Shown one piece after another: positions 41,647 through 55,424 of a stretch of DNA of 64,000 bases. Numbering within the stretch: the first letter of the stretch is position 1; each line of letters begins with the position of its first letter. The translations under genes were made by a program, and so were the position numbers. The notes under the pieces are model-generated. The model searched no databases, was not told the DNA's origin, and saw only the letters and a list, made by a program, of their open reading frames with translations. Origin of the DNA: Lama glama (lineage: Eukaryota); assembly GCA_028534125.1 (NCBI GenBank), contig CM052816.1:39620001-39684000 (forward strand), read 5' to 3'.

Positions 41647-41826
41647 CTTTCTGGTCAAGAGATTCTACGTGCGGCTTAAGAGTCTCGGGGACTCTCATGC
41701 TGAACGTTTATTGAAACACACACTAGGAAACCATAGACAGTGTGTGCATCTCCCATTGTGAAGGCTGATGATGTGGAGTGCTGCTCAGAACAGGTGGAGC
41801 CTGACTCTCCACCTTCACCCTTGAAA
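41647..41826 (-). pseudogene. Exon remnant (180 nt, phase 1>1, 2 stops) SRVKVESQAPPVLSSTPHHQPSQWEMHTLSMVS*CVFQ*TFSMRVPETLKPHVESLDQK
   Basis: tttatttttactttggcag| acceptor, weak aag|gtttgg donor; phase fits both neighbours. Confidence 0.45.
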
Positions 41827-42320
41827 CTGCCAAAGTAAAAATAAATTGTACCTGCTAGGGGCTGCTTCCTTCCTCGTGGTACAGCCTGCACATTATTTGT
41901 TTTACAATGACAATACAAATGACAGTAAGTGCATGTGAGTTGTAAGGTAGAATATATGTTCTAGTAATATATGATTTGAGTGTGTACATGATATTTTTTA
42001 TCATATGATTTCCTCAAAATGACGAAAATGGAGAATAAACTTCTGACACTGAGTCATCCAGTAATTTAAGTCATTTGATGCATTATTTCCCGCTGCTGTT
42101 AATTAATCTTACCTATTGCCACAAAAGAGTTGAAAGTAGATAGTTTCTGTTGATTCTCTGAGAGTAGTGTGGTCAAAGTTCTTTCACTTAAAGGAAGCAA
42201 TGAGAGAGTCAGGGAGTCAGAGAGATGGAGACAGAGAGAGACAGAGAAGTGACTGGTACCTAGCAAACCTCTATCTCCCTGGTGACTATTTTGAGACCTA
42301 GACTTTGGAAATAAGCTCAC

Positions 42321-43146
42321 ATTGCACACGATGTGATGCTCTCATGACCCAAATGGAGGCCCACAATCAGAAAGTATTTTGGGACAGGAGCCACCTTCAG
42401 ATAATAATGTAGTTGCTACAGGAACATTGTGGGAGCCCACGATTGGGTTAACAAATTATAACAGATCCCAGCCGCTTATCTCCTTAAAGAAGATGTGCTT
42501 AGTAACTGCTTTGAGGTTTTAGCAATGACCCCAGGCCCCCGGCTATAAGTAAATGCTGGGCGTGCCTGCTATTAGTCTTCAATCCCCAAAACAGCCTTGG
42601 GCTGGAATGGTAAACAATTTACAAAAGGCTGCAGACTCAGAGGTGAGAAGGCTGGTTAGCAAATGACGGGTAAGATCCCCTGAGGGGGGCAACCTAAGAC
42701 AGGCACAGCCGCCTGAGTCCAAGTTGTTCAGCAGCTGATTCTCATACATTCTGCCCTGGTAAGCTGAAAGGCTCAACACGAATATGATTCACCAAAAAGG
42801 GTCTTCTGACCTTAAACCAAACACCAACAATAAACAAAGCCTTTGTACTCATTGTGATCCCACCCTGTCCTTCCCTAAATTCCTGCATTCCTCCTTTGAC
42901 TGTATTCAATAAATATGAGAGATTTGAGAGGCTCTTGGAGTTGGCTTCCAACTCCCTCTCGCTCTCTTGACTTTTCCACAGAGTCCTGAGTAATTCATTC
43001 TGTCTCGGGGGGACTTCTGCTGGCCAGAACCCACAACTGGTGATGAACCCACAGAACATGATCTTGAATACAATTCTGCAGCAACTTCTCCCTCTTGGGG
43101 AGAAGGTGCCACTCTCCAGTGGCAAAGCTTACACTGTTTCAAGTCT
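42321..43146 (-). pseudogene. Exon remnant split by an ERV LTR (194 nt once LTR and one TSD are removed; phase 2>1; 2 stops)
   Basis: ttttatttattgacactctaag| acceptor, caat|gtgagc donor. Reconstituted DLKQCKLCHWRVAPSPQEGEVAAELYSRSCSCSNYIII*RWLLSQNTF*LWASIWVMRASHRVQ joins the 41826 exon in phase. Confidence 0.5.
42428..43053 (+). mobile_element. ERV solo LTR (626 bp) with 6-bp TSD, ERV2/betaretrovirus-like by TSD length
   Basis: TGTGGG...CCCACA inverted termini, TSD GAACAT at 42422-42427 and 43054-43059, AATAAA near 42909. Confidence 0.85.
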
Positions 43147-45454
43147 CTTAGAGTGTCAATAAATAAAACACACATACATACACAAAAGTGTTCAGATGGA
43201 CGCTATGTATTTCACAGTATGAATAAGAACTAGTCTGCCCTGTTTACATTGGTAAGCATACCTCATCCCTACTGCATCAAGCCTCAGAAATAATCTTTAA
43301 CAATGACCCTAGACTTGATCTCCCTATTTGCTCTTCCAGAAATTTAAGGATGAAAGAAAGAACAATTCAGACCTCCTTTTCAGGATTAAAACAAAAACAA
43401 AAACGAAAATCAGTATTAGACTGTTATGAGGTCTACTAGAATTTTAAGAGGTTTACCCAAGTGTGTGTATATGCTTTCTTTCTATTATTTTTCAAGGGAT
43501 ACGTAGAGGTTAACAATATGACACCAAATCTGATAACCCAAAGATGAATATATGCCACAGCCTCGGGGCTAACCTGCATACACTGCTGTTGTTGATTCTT
43601 CTAGGAACTAACTAACGGCAGGTGGATGGAACCAGCATGGCAGACCATCTCTGAAATCCTTCTGATCTGCACCTTGAGAGTTTAGTTTTCCCTGGATATG
43701 GGGTTAAACACTCCCTTGAAAAAAGGTTTGTATTTATGACAAGGGGAGGAGCTGTGAGTGAGAGAAAGAAAGAGGAAGTATCTAGAAACAAAATTACGTA
43801 TCAATAGTGTTAGTACCATGTATTTCTCTTTAGTGTTAGGCTTTCATAATGCGTCCCTGGGAGCCAAACACTAGTGGAGGTCTCTCTAACTCTGACCTGG
43901 CACCTTCCAATGAAATAGGTCCTCTTCTTATTCCTTCTTGACTGCAGTGCTGTGATGGTTTTTCGGTTTCAGACTTGCCGCTTTATGGCATTGAATGTGC
44001 TGTTTGACACTGTAGCTGGTGTTCTTACTTGAACATGAAGCCAGAAGAGGGCAATGTTAACCTTATATTTTAAAATCAGGTAAAGGTTTGTTTTTATTTG
44101 AACATATGTTTTTCCATTTAGAGATTCTGGGCTATATAGTTCAAACAGTTTGTGTTATGTTGATCTCAATCAAGGTTTAGTATCTTTTTAAGATTCCAAA
44201 TCTCAGTTAAAACATCCTTTTATTAGCTATTAAATAATAAAAATAGGAGAATGATACCAACATTATTGTATTCTACTGTGAAATAGTCTATGAAAAATTT
44301 CTTCAGTTTCAAGGTAAATATTTACTTTCCTCTTATGCTGCATACAAATCAAGGGCAAAAACTATATTGATTTAAAGTTTAAAAAAAAAAAACAGCACAC
44401 AAACATAAAGTTGGGCCCAGCAAGTTATATTATGTTTGAGATATATTTTGTTCATGCAAAGGTTAGGGCTAATATAAAATGTTTGTCACTCATGAAATTT
44501 TGGAGGCATGCATGTAAATTTGGAGGAAAGAATGCCAGTTGTCACTTACAAATTTGTCTTGCACACAATTAGCATCAATTATATGAAAATCTAATTTGGT
44601 GCTGATAATCTTTCATGCATTTATTCTTTTCTAAATTTACTGTAATGGCTCTCTAGCTCTCTTGTAAGTTTTCCGTTTAATCGCTTAGCGTTTACTTTAA
44701 AAGAAAAGGCAGAAAAGGCTATGAAAAAGAACTTCTTCATTGTCAGTATCTGGCCTGTATTTACCCTTTTCCTAACTCTGCTAGCAAAACCCTCATTTTG
44801 TCACAGGGCTCTGAACTACTGTTTCTTTTAAAAAACATGACTCATCTAAAGTCTACCATACAGAATGGGAGTAAAGAAGATTACTTAATTTTAAAGGTAC
44901 ATTGGAAACGTAAGTTCATGGAAATGCCATATGAGATTTGCCCACCATTTCTACACTTTCATGAACTTCCCTGTAGCTCAGTCTATGGCCACATCAGACA
45001 GAAGGAAGTCCTAAATTTCTTCCTAACCAAATTATCAAGGAGGAATGGCAAAATTTTCTGAAGACCTGCACCACCAGAGTTTGTTAGGCAGTAATCAGAG
45101 AGAGAAGGAAAGATTATGCATCATATTGGATATTATCTTAGCAGAACTATTTTACCAAGGTTAAAAATCAATATTCAGGGGGACCTTCTTGGTCAGTGAA
45201 TAGAGTAGACTTTTCCTATGAAATATTTTCTTTTTCCTTATGAATGATGTTATACCTAATTTAAAAATTTTAATTATGCATTTATTATTTTGAATAAGCA
45301 ACACATAATAATAAAATTCAAAAGGTACAAACGTACATTTTCACAAAAGTAAAAAGTAATTTCCCTTCCTCTCGTTTCCCAATACCCTCACCCTGAAACC
45401 ATCGTTTGCAGAATTTTCCTGATTAGCCTAATTTGAAAAGATTAATTTTTTTAA

Positions 45455-47590
45455 GTCCTAATTTTGTAGAGCAGTTTTAAATTCACAGCAAAATGAAGAG
45501 GAAGCTATAGAAATTTCCCATGTATCATCTACCCTGTAACGTGCATAACCCCTCCCATTATCAACACCCCCCACCAGAGTGGTACATTTCCTATAAATGA
45601 TGAGCCCACATGGACAGATCATAATCATCCAAAATCCACAGTTCACGTTAGAGTTCACTCTTGGTATTATGCCTTCTATAGGCTTGGACAAATGTATAGT
45701 GATGTATATCCATATTTATGGTATCATATAGAGAATTTTTACTGCCCTAAAAATTTTCCATGCTGGCTATTCACCCCCCCTTTCCCGAACCTCTGACAAT
45801 CACTGATCTTTTTATTATCTCCATAGTTTTACCTTTTCCAGAATGTCATATAGTTGGAATCATACAGTTACCCTTTTAAACTGGCTTCTTTCTCTTAGTA
45901 ATATGCACTTAAGCTTTCTCCATGTCTTTTCATAGCTTGATATCTCATTTCCTTTTAGTGCTCATTAATATTGCATTCTTTGAATGTACTACAATTTATT
46001 CACCCATTCACCTACTGAATGACATTCTCGCTTGCTACTATTTTGGCAATTATGAATAAAGCTGGTATAAACATCTTTGTGCAGGTAGTTGTATGAACAT
46101 ATTTTCAACTTCTTTGTGCAAATATCAGGGATGACATGACAACTGCTGTGTCATGTGGGGAATAAATGTTTAGTTTTGTAACAAACTGCCAAGCTGTCCT
46201 CCAGAATGGCTGTACCATTCTGCATTCCCACCAGCAGTAAATGAGCAGTCATATTGCCTCACATCCTTGTCACCAGTTAGTGTCGTCAATGTTCCAGATT
46301 TTGGCCAGTATGATAGATATGTAGTGGTATCTCCTTGTTTTAATTTGTGTTTCCCTAACATGTGATGAGGAGCATCCTTTCAGGTGCTTATTTGCCATTT
46401 GTATGTCTTCTTTATGAAGTATCTGTTAAAATCTTTGGCTCATTTTTAATTGGATTGTTTATTTTCTTATTGTTGAGTTTTAAGAGTGCTCTGTGTATTT
46501 TGGATAACAGTCTTTTATCAAATAAGTCTTTCTGTGAATCTATTCTTCTTGTACGGGCTTGTCTTCTCATTTTCTTGATAGTGTTTATTGCAGAACAGAA
46601 GTCACTAATTTTAATGAAGTCCTGCTTATCAATTCTTTCTTTCATGGATTATGCCCTTGGTGTTTTATTTAAAACATCATCATCATACCTTCATCATCTA
46701 GGTTTTGTCCTATGTTATCTTCTAGGAATTTTATAGTTTTGTGTTTTACATTTAGGTTTGTGGAGGAGGAAAAAATAATTTCCCTCTACCCTTCTAAGGT
46801 CTTGATTCTGTCCCTGTAACAAAAGTTCTATTAAGCAAGAAAAAAACACAAGTTTATTAACATGTATATCTCTTATACACATGGGAGATACCCAGAGGAA
46901 AATGAGCATCTCTCAAAGAGGTAGCTTCAAATTCTAGCTTAAGTACCACTTTCAGCTAAATCAAGGAAGGAGGGGTATGGGGACACCAATTATGGGAATG
47001 GCTAGAAAAAGTATGGTAAACACGAGTAAGGACTCTTATGCAGATTTAAACTGGTGCCTTCTCCACTGATAAGAATGTTTTGTGATTTAGTCATCTTTCT
47101 CCTAGCTGTACAGAGAGGGGGATATTCTTTCAAATGAAGATTTCCTATAAAAATATACATTTTCCTTACAAAAGAGTAACTTCTATGCTCTATTCAGAGT
47201 AGTTTCTGTCTGTTGTTTCTCAAAATAATCCTAACACCAAAGAGATGTACTTTGGTGTGGCACATTCTATACCCTTGAAGGTTTATGATTAATTTTTAGT
47301 TAATTTTTGTGAAGGGCATAAGCTCTGTGTTTAGATTTTTTTTTTCCAGTGTGGATGTCCAGCTGTTCCAGCACCATTTGTTGAAAAGACCATAATGCCT
47401 TTGCTCTTTTGTCAAAGAGCAGTTGACTATATTTACGTAGATCTATTTCCGGGTCCTCTACTATGTTCCACTGATCTGTTTATTGTTTGCTTAACATCAC
47501 ACTTTCTTTATTACCGTAGCTTTACAGCAAGTCTTGACGTTGGATAGTGTCAGTTCTCCAGCTTTGTTCTTTTCCTTCAATATTGTTCTA
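45455..47590 (-). mobile_element. Old L1M (L1MC-like) 3' fragment interrupted by an LTR
   Basis: Antisense L1 ORF2 and 3' UTR; ORF 46412-46645 IDKQDFIKISDFCSA...DKRLLSKIH is ORF2p-like. Confidence 0.9.
46759..47278 (-). mobile_element. MER34-like ERV1 solo LTR nested in L1
   Basis: Minus strand starts ...agaatgtgccacaccaaagtacatctctttggtgttaggattattttgag; AGGTT duplicated at 46754-46758 and 47279-47283. Confidence 0.75.
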
Positions 47591-47609
47591 ATTTTTTAAA
47601 AAAGTATTT

Positions 47610-48355
47610 TTCTTACTTGAGAGGAGTGCTCAGTATAATAATTTTACCTATACAGTGATGAAATAAGTATTTGTATTCTAAGCTGAGGGAGTCAAGGAAA
47701 ATTTTAACATAAAAACTTTTTCTTTGTGCTTTGGCTTCTTCTCCCCCCTCTACTATGCACTGTGAATCTGCATTATGCATCGACAAACGTCCACACTGGC
47801 AGAAATACCTGCTCAGCCATAAAGAGATATATTCTCCTAGCATCAGCAAGATAACTCCTAAGGAGATAACCTTCCTCCTTAATCTTATAAAGGGCCACAA
47901 TGACCCACGACCCACTACTCGCCTTGTACACGTAGATCAGGATTGCATCAGCTGTCAATAACCCATCATTAGTAACAAGTTCATACTGTTAGCACAGGGA
48001 ACTATATTCAGTATCTTGTAGTAACTTGTGGTGAAAAAGAATATGAAAACAAACATATGTATATTCATATATGACTGAAGCATTATGCTGTACACCAGAG
48101 ATTGACACAACATTGTAAACTGACTATACTTCAATTTAAAATATATATATATATATACAGATACAAAAAACTCCCACATCATTTAACATGCAGCCATCTG
48201 TCTCAAAAACTTGTATAACTGTGCTTTGACTGCTAACATGAGAACAGTTCTCAGAGCTTTCTGAGAGGCTCTTCCCAAGTTATAACCCTCAATTTGCTCA
48301 AATAAAATTTCCTATTTCTTTCTTACCTTGACTGATTAATTTTTTGTCAGCAACA
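47610..48355 (+). mobile_element. ERV1-like LTR remnant carrying a young L1 3' fragment (~47971-48170)
   Basis: Ends aataaaatttcctatttc...gattaattttttgtcagcaaca; the L1 piece is flanked by cccatcatt / ccacatcatt. Confidence 0.6.
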
Positions 48356-48466
48356 GATAAGGACATCAGGTCCTTTCCCAGCTTTTTTGGGAATCTCATA
48401 AAAAACATCTTTTGGTTCGCAACTGATGCATTTGTTAAAACAAAGCTGAGAGACTTTTAAGACATC
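48356..48466 (-). pseudogene. Candidate exon remnant DVLKVSQLCFNKCISCEPKDVFYEIPKKAGKGPDVLI, truncated by an LTR
   Basis: ttgcttctcttcag| acceptor; the open frame runs directly into the LTR ending near 48355. Confidence 0.35.
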
Positions 48467-49390
48467 CTGAAGAGAAGCAATAACCCTTGTGTTGACTCCC
48501 AGGAGTGAAGAGAGAAGGGGCCTGACCTTGGCCCTGAGAGGCAGCATCAGGTCCAGGGCAATGAGAAGCATCCTCAGCTCAGTGCAAGGACAGAACCTGG
48601 ATACCCGAGAGAAGCAAACGCACCCTTTGGCAATTGTGAAAACACATTGAGAATCAGGCTGTCTTGCAGGGAATGTGAGCTATGAACTGATGATCTGAAG
48701 AATTGAAGCCTAAAAGTTTGCTGCTTTCTTTGGTGGTCATTACTAATATCCCTTGATTTTTGCCTGCCTCAGACATGTATAATCTATGACAAGGCCTTTC
48801 CTCTAGATTATATGTTTAATTGTTTATTCTTGCTCATTTCCTAAATTGTGCTCTCTACAAGTCTCTTGTACGACTTCTCTCAACATCAGAAGTTAGCCAA
48901 CATGTGAAATGGAATGCATCTTTCTATCTTAGCAGACACCACCCACAGGGGTATCAAATTGAGTCATCTTTATACCTGAAGAAGCCCTTAGAATCTTTTC
49001 CCTTTGTTTAATGTTAATGGGCACCAGTGGCCCAAACTGCACTTTTAAATCTCCATTTGCTACTGAGGCGATCCCAGCACTACAGAATTGAGCAAACTTC
49101 CATGATTATGTATGTATTTATTTTCAAGCCCAAGGTTAAATGACAAAAAAAATCACTTTCCTTGAGGCTACATATTTTTTAAACCCAAGAAAATAGGCTT
49201 AGAAAGAATGCACTGGATCATCTAATGAAAATTTCCCTCAGCGTGAATCATGGGCTAACATATCATTATTGGGAAAGGTTCACCATTACCGCAGCTCACA
49301 CTGTTTCCTCAGATTACATGAATAATTTTTTTTGGAATTGACTGTCAGTGATGGCCTCTTCCAAATTCTTTTTTAAGATGTGCTATATCT

Positions 49391-52300
49391 GGGACATGTC
49401 ACCAAGATGACAATAGAGAAGTCCCCTAAATTTCCCTCCTTCGATGGATAACTAAATACACAGCTACACATGAAGCAATTCTCTCTGAAATAAGTCTAGA
49501 AATTAGTTGAATGACTCCTACACATTGGGCCACTGAGACAATACCCACATCAAAACGGGTAAGAGAGGCTGAGACACAGTCTCTTCAAAAGCCTCACCCC
49601 TGGCACAGCACCATGCAAGTGGCTGGAGATCCCTAACCCCTAATCTCTCCCAGAGGAGCAAAGGGTTTGGACCACAGACACAGTGTCCTAGCCTGAGGAA
49701 CGGGCCCCCAAATCACCTAGCTGTGAAAGCTGGTGGGGCGTGTGTTCACAAATCCTACAGGACTAAAAGAAATAAAGAAATGGTTGCTAATGGGCACACA
49801 GGCACTAAACGTGGGTGTCCCTTGAGGGCTCAGCACAGCAGGAGCAACCAAAAATGCCTTTTCCTTAGTCTACATGTTTTACAAGATGCTGTCTGTGGGT
49901 TTAGCTTCCGATTGCCACATACCTACATGCTAACTGCAGTCCTCCCTAGTCTTGAAGCGTTGGTGGGCACTTCCCCTGCTTTTCCTTCCAGCTTGCTTCA
50001 ACAATAAAACCAAGTAGCCAGCATGCTCCAGAAGAAATCTGCCCACACATTAAACCCCTCGACTCTTAGCAGCTACCAGCCAAACGATGGACCCCCCCCC
50101 CCAAATCACGTAGCTCTCAAAGCCAATGGGACTTGTGTTCACAAATCTCACAGAAAAGTGGCTGTTAATGGGTGTACAATCACCAGTTGTGGCTATCCCC
50201 TAGAAAGTGTAGAGGGAGCAGACAAAAATGCCCATATCCTAGTTTCTCCCTGGAGAAGATCTGACTACATACCTCCCTAGCTGCTGCCTGAGGTTCAGCT
50301 CCTAATCCATCTACGTCTAGGTGCTGACTGTGATCCTCCTGGGAGCCAAAAGAGCCAGATTCTTCCTGAGGGAAGCCTGTCCACATATCCAGTGCCCCAA
50401 CTTTTGCAGCTGCCACTCAAAGAATGGGCCTTCAAATCACCAAATCTGATAGCCAATAGGACTTGGACCCACAGGACAAAATAAAATTTTTTTTTTCAAA
50501 AAGAAATTTTCAAATGCCAGGCAAGCCCTTCCTGCAGCTATCACCTGTAGGCCTAGCACACAGGAAGCAGGCAAAAACACCCATCTCCTGGTTTCTCCCT
50601 AAAAGGGATCTGACTTCATACTTTCCCAGCTGCTGCCTGAGGTTCTGACTTCTAATCAGCCTGTATATGGGAACTGGAATCCTCTAAGGAGCCTGACAGA
50701 ACTGGTGGGCATATCTTCTGCTGCTCTCTCCCCCTGTCTGCTCGAACAGTGAAACCAAGTCTCACTTCTCCCTGGAGAGGCTTGTCCACACATCTAGCAC
50801 CCCAACTGTTTTTGCTGCCACATAAGGCACTGGCTCCCAAATCACCTAGTTCTGGAAACTGATGGAATTTGGCATTTATGTGTCTGCTAGGACCACACAA
50901 AACAAAGAAGCAGTTCTATTTGAGTGGGTGAGCACTCCCAGTGACTATTCCTTCTGGCTTAGTGAGTAAGCAAAAAAACCAGTGCCTGGTTTCTCCCTGA
51001 GGAGGGCATCCTGGGTTTCTCATCTGCTACCTGAAAGTTGGAATTCCAATCAGCCCCCACTGGGGAGTTGAATGGGTAATCAATTAGGAGCTTGAATAGG
51101 CATGTAGGTATGCTCCACACCTTTGGGATATCGATAGGTCTTGAAAAACCCTCAATGTTTGGGAGCCACTAAGAAGAAAGATGGTAGCTTGGACAATCAC
51201 AGAGGTTTGAGAGGGAACCAGAAACTTGGGTCAGGCTAATTTATAGTTATTTCCTATCACTCTGTCAAGACAGGGAGATGTGACTGTTTTATCTAATACA
51301 CTGAAACAGACACAGAAACTCAAAGAAAATGAAACAAAGGAATATGTTCCAAACAAAAGAACAAGATAAATGTGCAGAAACCAATCTTAATTAAATCAAA
51401 TAATTTACCTGATAGAGAGTTTAAAATAATGATCATAAAGATGCCCACTGAGGTCAGGAGAGCAATGCATGAACAAAGTGAGAGATTTAACAAAGATAGA
51501 AAATATTAAAAAAAAAACCAAACCCAAAGTACCAAATGGAAATCACAGAGCTGAAGAATATAATAATTGAATTGAAAACATAAATACAAGGGTTCAACAG
51601 AAGACTAAATTAACTGGAAGAAAGGATCAGTGAACTTAGGGCAGTAGAACTCATTCAATTAAAGAAGCAAAAAGAATAAAAAAGAGTGTAAGATATCTTA
51701 AGGGACTTATGGACATCATCCAGTAGATCAACATAAACTTATAGGGGGCCCCAGAAGGAGAAGAAAGAAAAGAGCAGAAAGTGATTCAAAGAAATGTTAG
51801 CCGAAAATTTCCCTAACCTGAGGAAAGAAATAAACATCATATCTAAGAAGTTTAAAGAGTACCAAATAAGATGAATTTAAAGAGACCCACAATGAGATAC
51901 ATTATAATCAAACTGTCAAAGTTAAAGACAGAAAGAGAATCTTAAAAGCAACAAGAAGAAAGCAACCTGTTGATGTACAACGGAATGCCCATAAGAATAT
52001 CAGCAGATTTTTCAACAGTAACCCTTCAGGCCAGAAGAAGTGAGATAATATATTCAAAGGGCTAAAAGAGAAAAACTGCCAACCAGTAATACTCTACCCA
52101 ATAAAGCTGTCCTTCAGAATTGAAGGAGAGATAAAAGAATTTTCCAGATAAACAAAAGATGAAGGGGTTCATCGCCATTGGATTGGCCTTTAACAAGGGA
52201 GTTCTTCAAGCAGAAACAAAAGGACACTAATGAGTAACATGAAAAACATGAAAACTCACTGGTAAAGGTAAATATACAGTTAAATTCAGAATACTCTAAT

Positions 52301-54495
52301 ATTGTAATGGTGGTGGATAAATCATGTATTTAATATAAAGGTTCAAATACAAATGTGTTAAAAATAATTATAACTATAATGATTTTGTAATGAATATACA
52401 ATATAAAAATATGTAAATTATGACATGAAAAACAAAAAATGTGGTTGATTGAGTGAATGGACCAAAAACACGAGACCCAACTATATGCTCCTTTTAAGAA
52501 AATCACTTCACATTAAAGACACACAAAGACTGAAAGTGAAAAGATGAAAAAAGATATTCTATGTAAACCAAAAGAAAGTAAGGACAGGTATATTTATAAA
52601 AGACAAAATAGAGTTTAAGTAAAAAACTATAATGAAACATAGAAGATCAATATATAATGATAAAGTGTTAAATTTATCAAGGGGATATAACAATCATTAA
52701 TAAATATGCACCTAACATTGGAGCACCTAAATATTTTAATATCTAAAGGGGCTATAGACAACAGTACAATAACCGTAGGGGAATTAAATACCCAGCTTTC
52801 AATGATGGATTGATCATCGAGACAGAAAAATCAATATGAAAACATTAGACTAGAACTAGATGCTAGATCAAATATACCTAACAGATATACACAGAAAATC
52901 CCACTTAACAGCAGCAGAACACATTTTTCTCATGCACACATGGAACATTCTCCAGGAGAGATCATAATTTGGGTCACACACACACACACACACACAAAGA
53001 ACAAATTTAAGACAACTGAAATCACATCAAGCCTCTTTCCTGAGCACAATGTATGAAACAAGAAATCAATTTACAAGAAGAAAACAGAAAATTCACCAAT
53101 ATGTAAAGATTAAACAACACGCCCCTAAACAACCAGGGAGTCAATGAAGAAATCAATTGGCAAATCAAATCTTGAGACAAATGAAAATGTAAACACAACA
53201 TACTAAAATTTATGGGATGCAGCAAAAGCAGGTCTAAGAGGAAAGTTTATAGCTATAAGTGCCTACATTTAGAAAAAGAAATATCTCCCATAAAAAACCT
53301 AACGATGCTTCAAGAAACTAGGAAAAGAAGAACAAACTAAGTCCTGAGTTAGTGGAAGGAAGGAAATGACAAAGATTAAAGCAGAAATAAATAAAATAGA
53401 GACCAGAAACACAATAGAAATGATAAAACTAAGAGCTGTTTCTTCAAAAAGAAACAATGTTGACGTATCTTTAGGTGGATTAAAGAAAAAAAAAGAGAAT
53501 ATTCAAATAAAGAAAATTAGAAATGAAAGAGGAGAAATAACTACTGACAACATAAAATACTAAGGATAGTAAGAAACTACTGTAAAAAATTATATGGAAA
53601 AAAATTAGATAACCTAGAATAAATAGAAAAATTCTTACAACCTGAGAATTCTTAGAACCTATCAACACTGAACCATGAAGAAATAGCAATTCTGAACCAA
53701 TTATTAGTAAGGAGATTGAATCAGTAATCAAAAACCCACCAACAAAGAAAATCCAGATCTCTTCACTTGTGAATTCTACCAAACATTTAAAGAATTTATG
53801 CCAATCCTTCTCAAACTATTCCAAAAACTTAAAGAGGAAAGAACACTCTCAAACTCGCTTTACTAGGCCAGCATTACCCGGATATCAAAGCCATATAAGG
53901 ACGCTGTAAGAAAAAAAAGCTACAGGTCAATATTCCTGATGAATATAGACGCAAAATTTTCCACAATATAATAGTAAAATAAATTCAACAGTACATTAAA
54001 AGGGTCATATACCATGATCAAGTAGAATTCATCCCTGGGATGCAAGGATGGTTCAACATATGCATAACAATAACTATGATACATTACAGTAATAGAATGA
54101 AAGATCAAAGTTATACAATTATTTCAATAGATACGTAAAAAGTATTTGACAATATTCAACAACCCTTCATAATAAAAACTCTCAACAAATTATCTGTAAA
54201 TGGAATGTACTTCCACATAAAAAAGATGATACATGACAAGCTGTGAGCTAACATCATATTCAACAGTGGAGAAGCTGAGGGCTTTTCGTCTAAGATCAGG
54301 AATAAGAGAAGAATGCCCATTCATGCCACTTCTTTCAACACAGTACCCGAAGGCTTAGCTAGAGCAATTAGAACAGAAAAAGAAATAAAAGGCTTCCAAG
54401 TTGAAAAGGAAGAAGAAGTAAACTGTCTCTGCAGAGGACATGTTACTATATACAGAAAACCCTGAAGCCGCCACCAAAAAAACTGTTAGAACTAA
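49391..54495 (+). mobile_element. L1 with 5' UTR, decayed ORF1 (~51330-52230) and 5' part of ORF2; 3'-truncated
   Basis: ccaagatga 5' end, A-rich ORF1/ORF2 sequence (KIKAEINKIETRNTIE, atccctgggatgcaaggatggttcaacata), abrupt stop at aactgttagaactaa. Confidence 0.92.
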
Positions 54496-55424
54496 GTATG
54501 TAGTAACTGATGCAGGATTGAGATACTTTTCTATATTAGAACAAGGCTTCTTTATATAGCACATTGGTTCTGCTACTTCCGAGGATATATAGGAATACAT
54601 TTTGCTGCTAATCAACAGAGAGAACTTTATAAAATGTTGCCTATGTGGGAAGACTCTCTTCTGTAAACAAACTTCTGTCATGATAATAACTTCCCTTGTT
54701 TTCACTGTTCAAAGTTAATCAGATTCTGACTGGGGACTAGCGGTAGCTGAAATCATAGGTTGTTCAAAGGAACTGGTAGTAACTGAAGGAAAGTAAGGTG
54801 TGTATGTGTTTGTGTGTTTACGATCTTTTTCAAATGTGGGTATCAGAGAAATACTTACTCAGAATTCACAGATGAGTACTAAATTCCATCTCTGTGTTCT
54901 ACAGCAGTTCAAATATTACAGAACTTTTCTGTTTCTTAATATTTAAAGAAACTCCTTAGTAAATATCTCTGCACCCAGTATTTATTTGTATGATAATTTG
55001 AGAATTTAAAAAGTATTTCCAGGCTATTATTCTATTAAGATTTTCTAATTTGTTTAATTTAATTGTATTTTTGCAGAAAGCTGTCCATTTGATTCAGAAT
55101 TTCAAATGAATTAGTTGAGGAGAAGAACATATAATATTCAATTATAATTAGGATAATATCATAATTTGGCTAAGATACTTTTTATTTCCATTTTTTTCTC
55201 TTAATTAAGATATGTAGAGTTCTATTTCTTCAAAGAATCTCTCTTGATTCTGTCAGTTAAAATGTTTTCTCCTTTTTTTAACTTTTAATTTTTTTGTCAT
55301 CAGGAAAATGTTTTTTCCTATTCCTGCTGTTATTTTTTACAAACACCTCTGTCATGCTTTTTAGAGATATATTTCCCTACGTATTTTTCCTTTTGGTTTA
55401 ACGTAGAATTTATTTTACTTTCTC

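Noticed and set aside
44900..45220. 3' half of the 48.4 kb exon joined via a GATA TSD
   Set aside because: No TG LTR start at the junction and two early stops in the joined frame; too weak.
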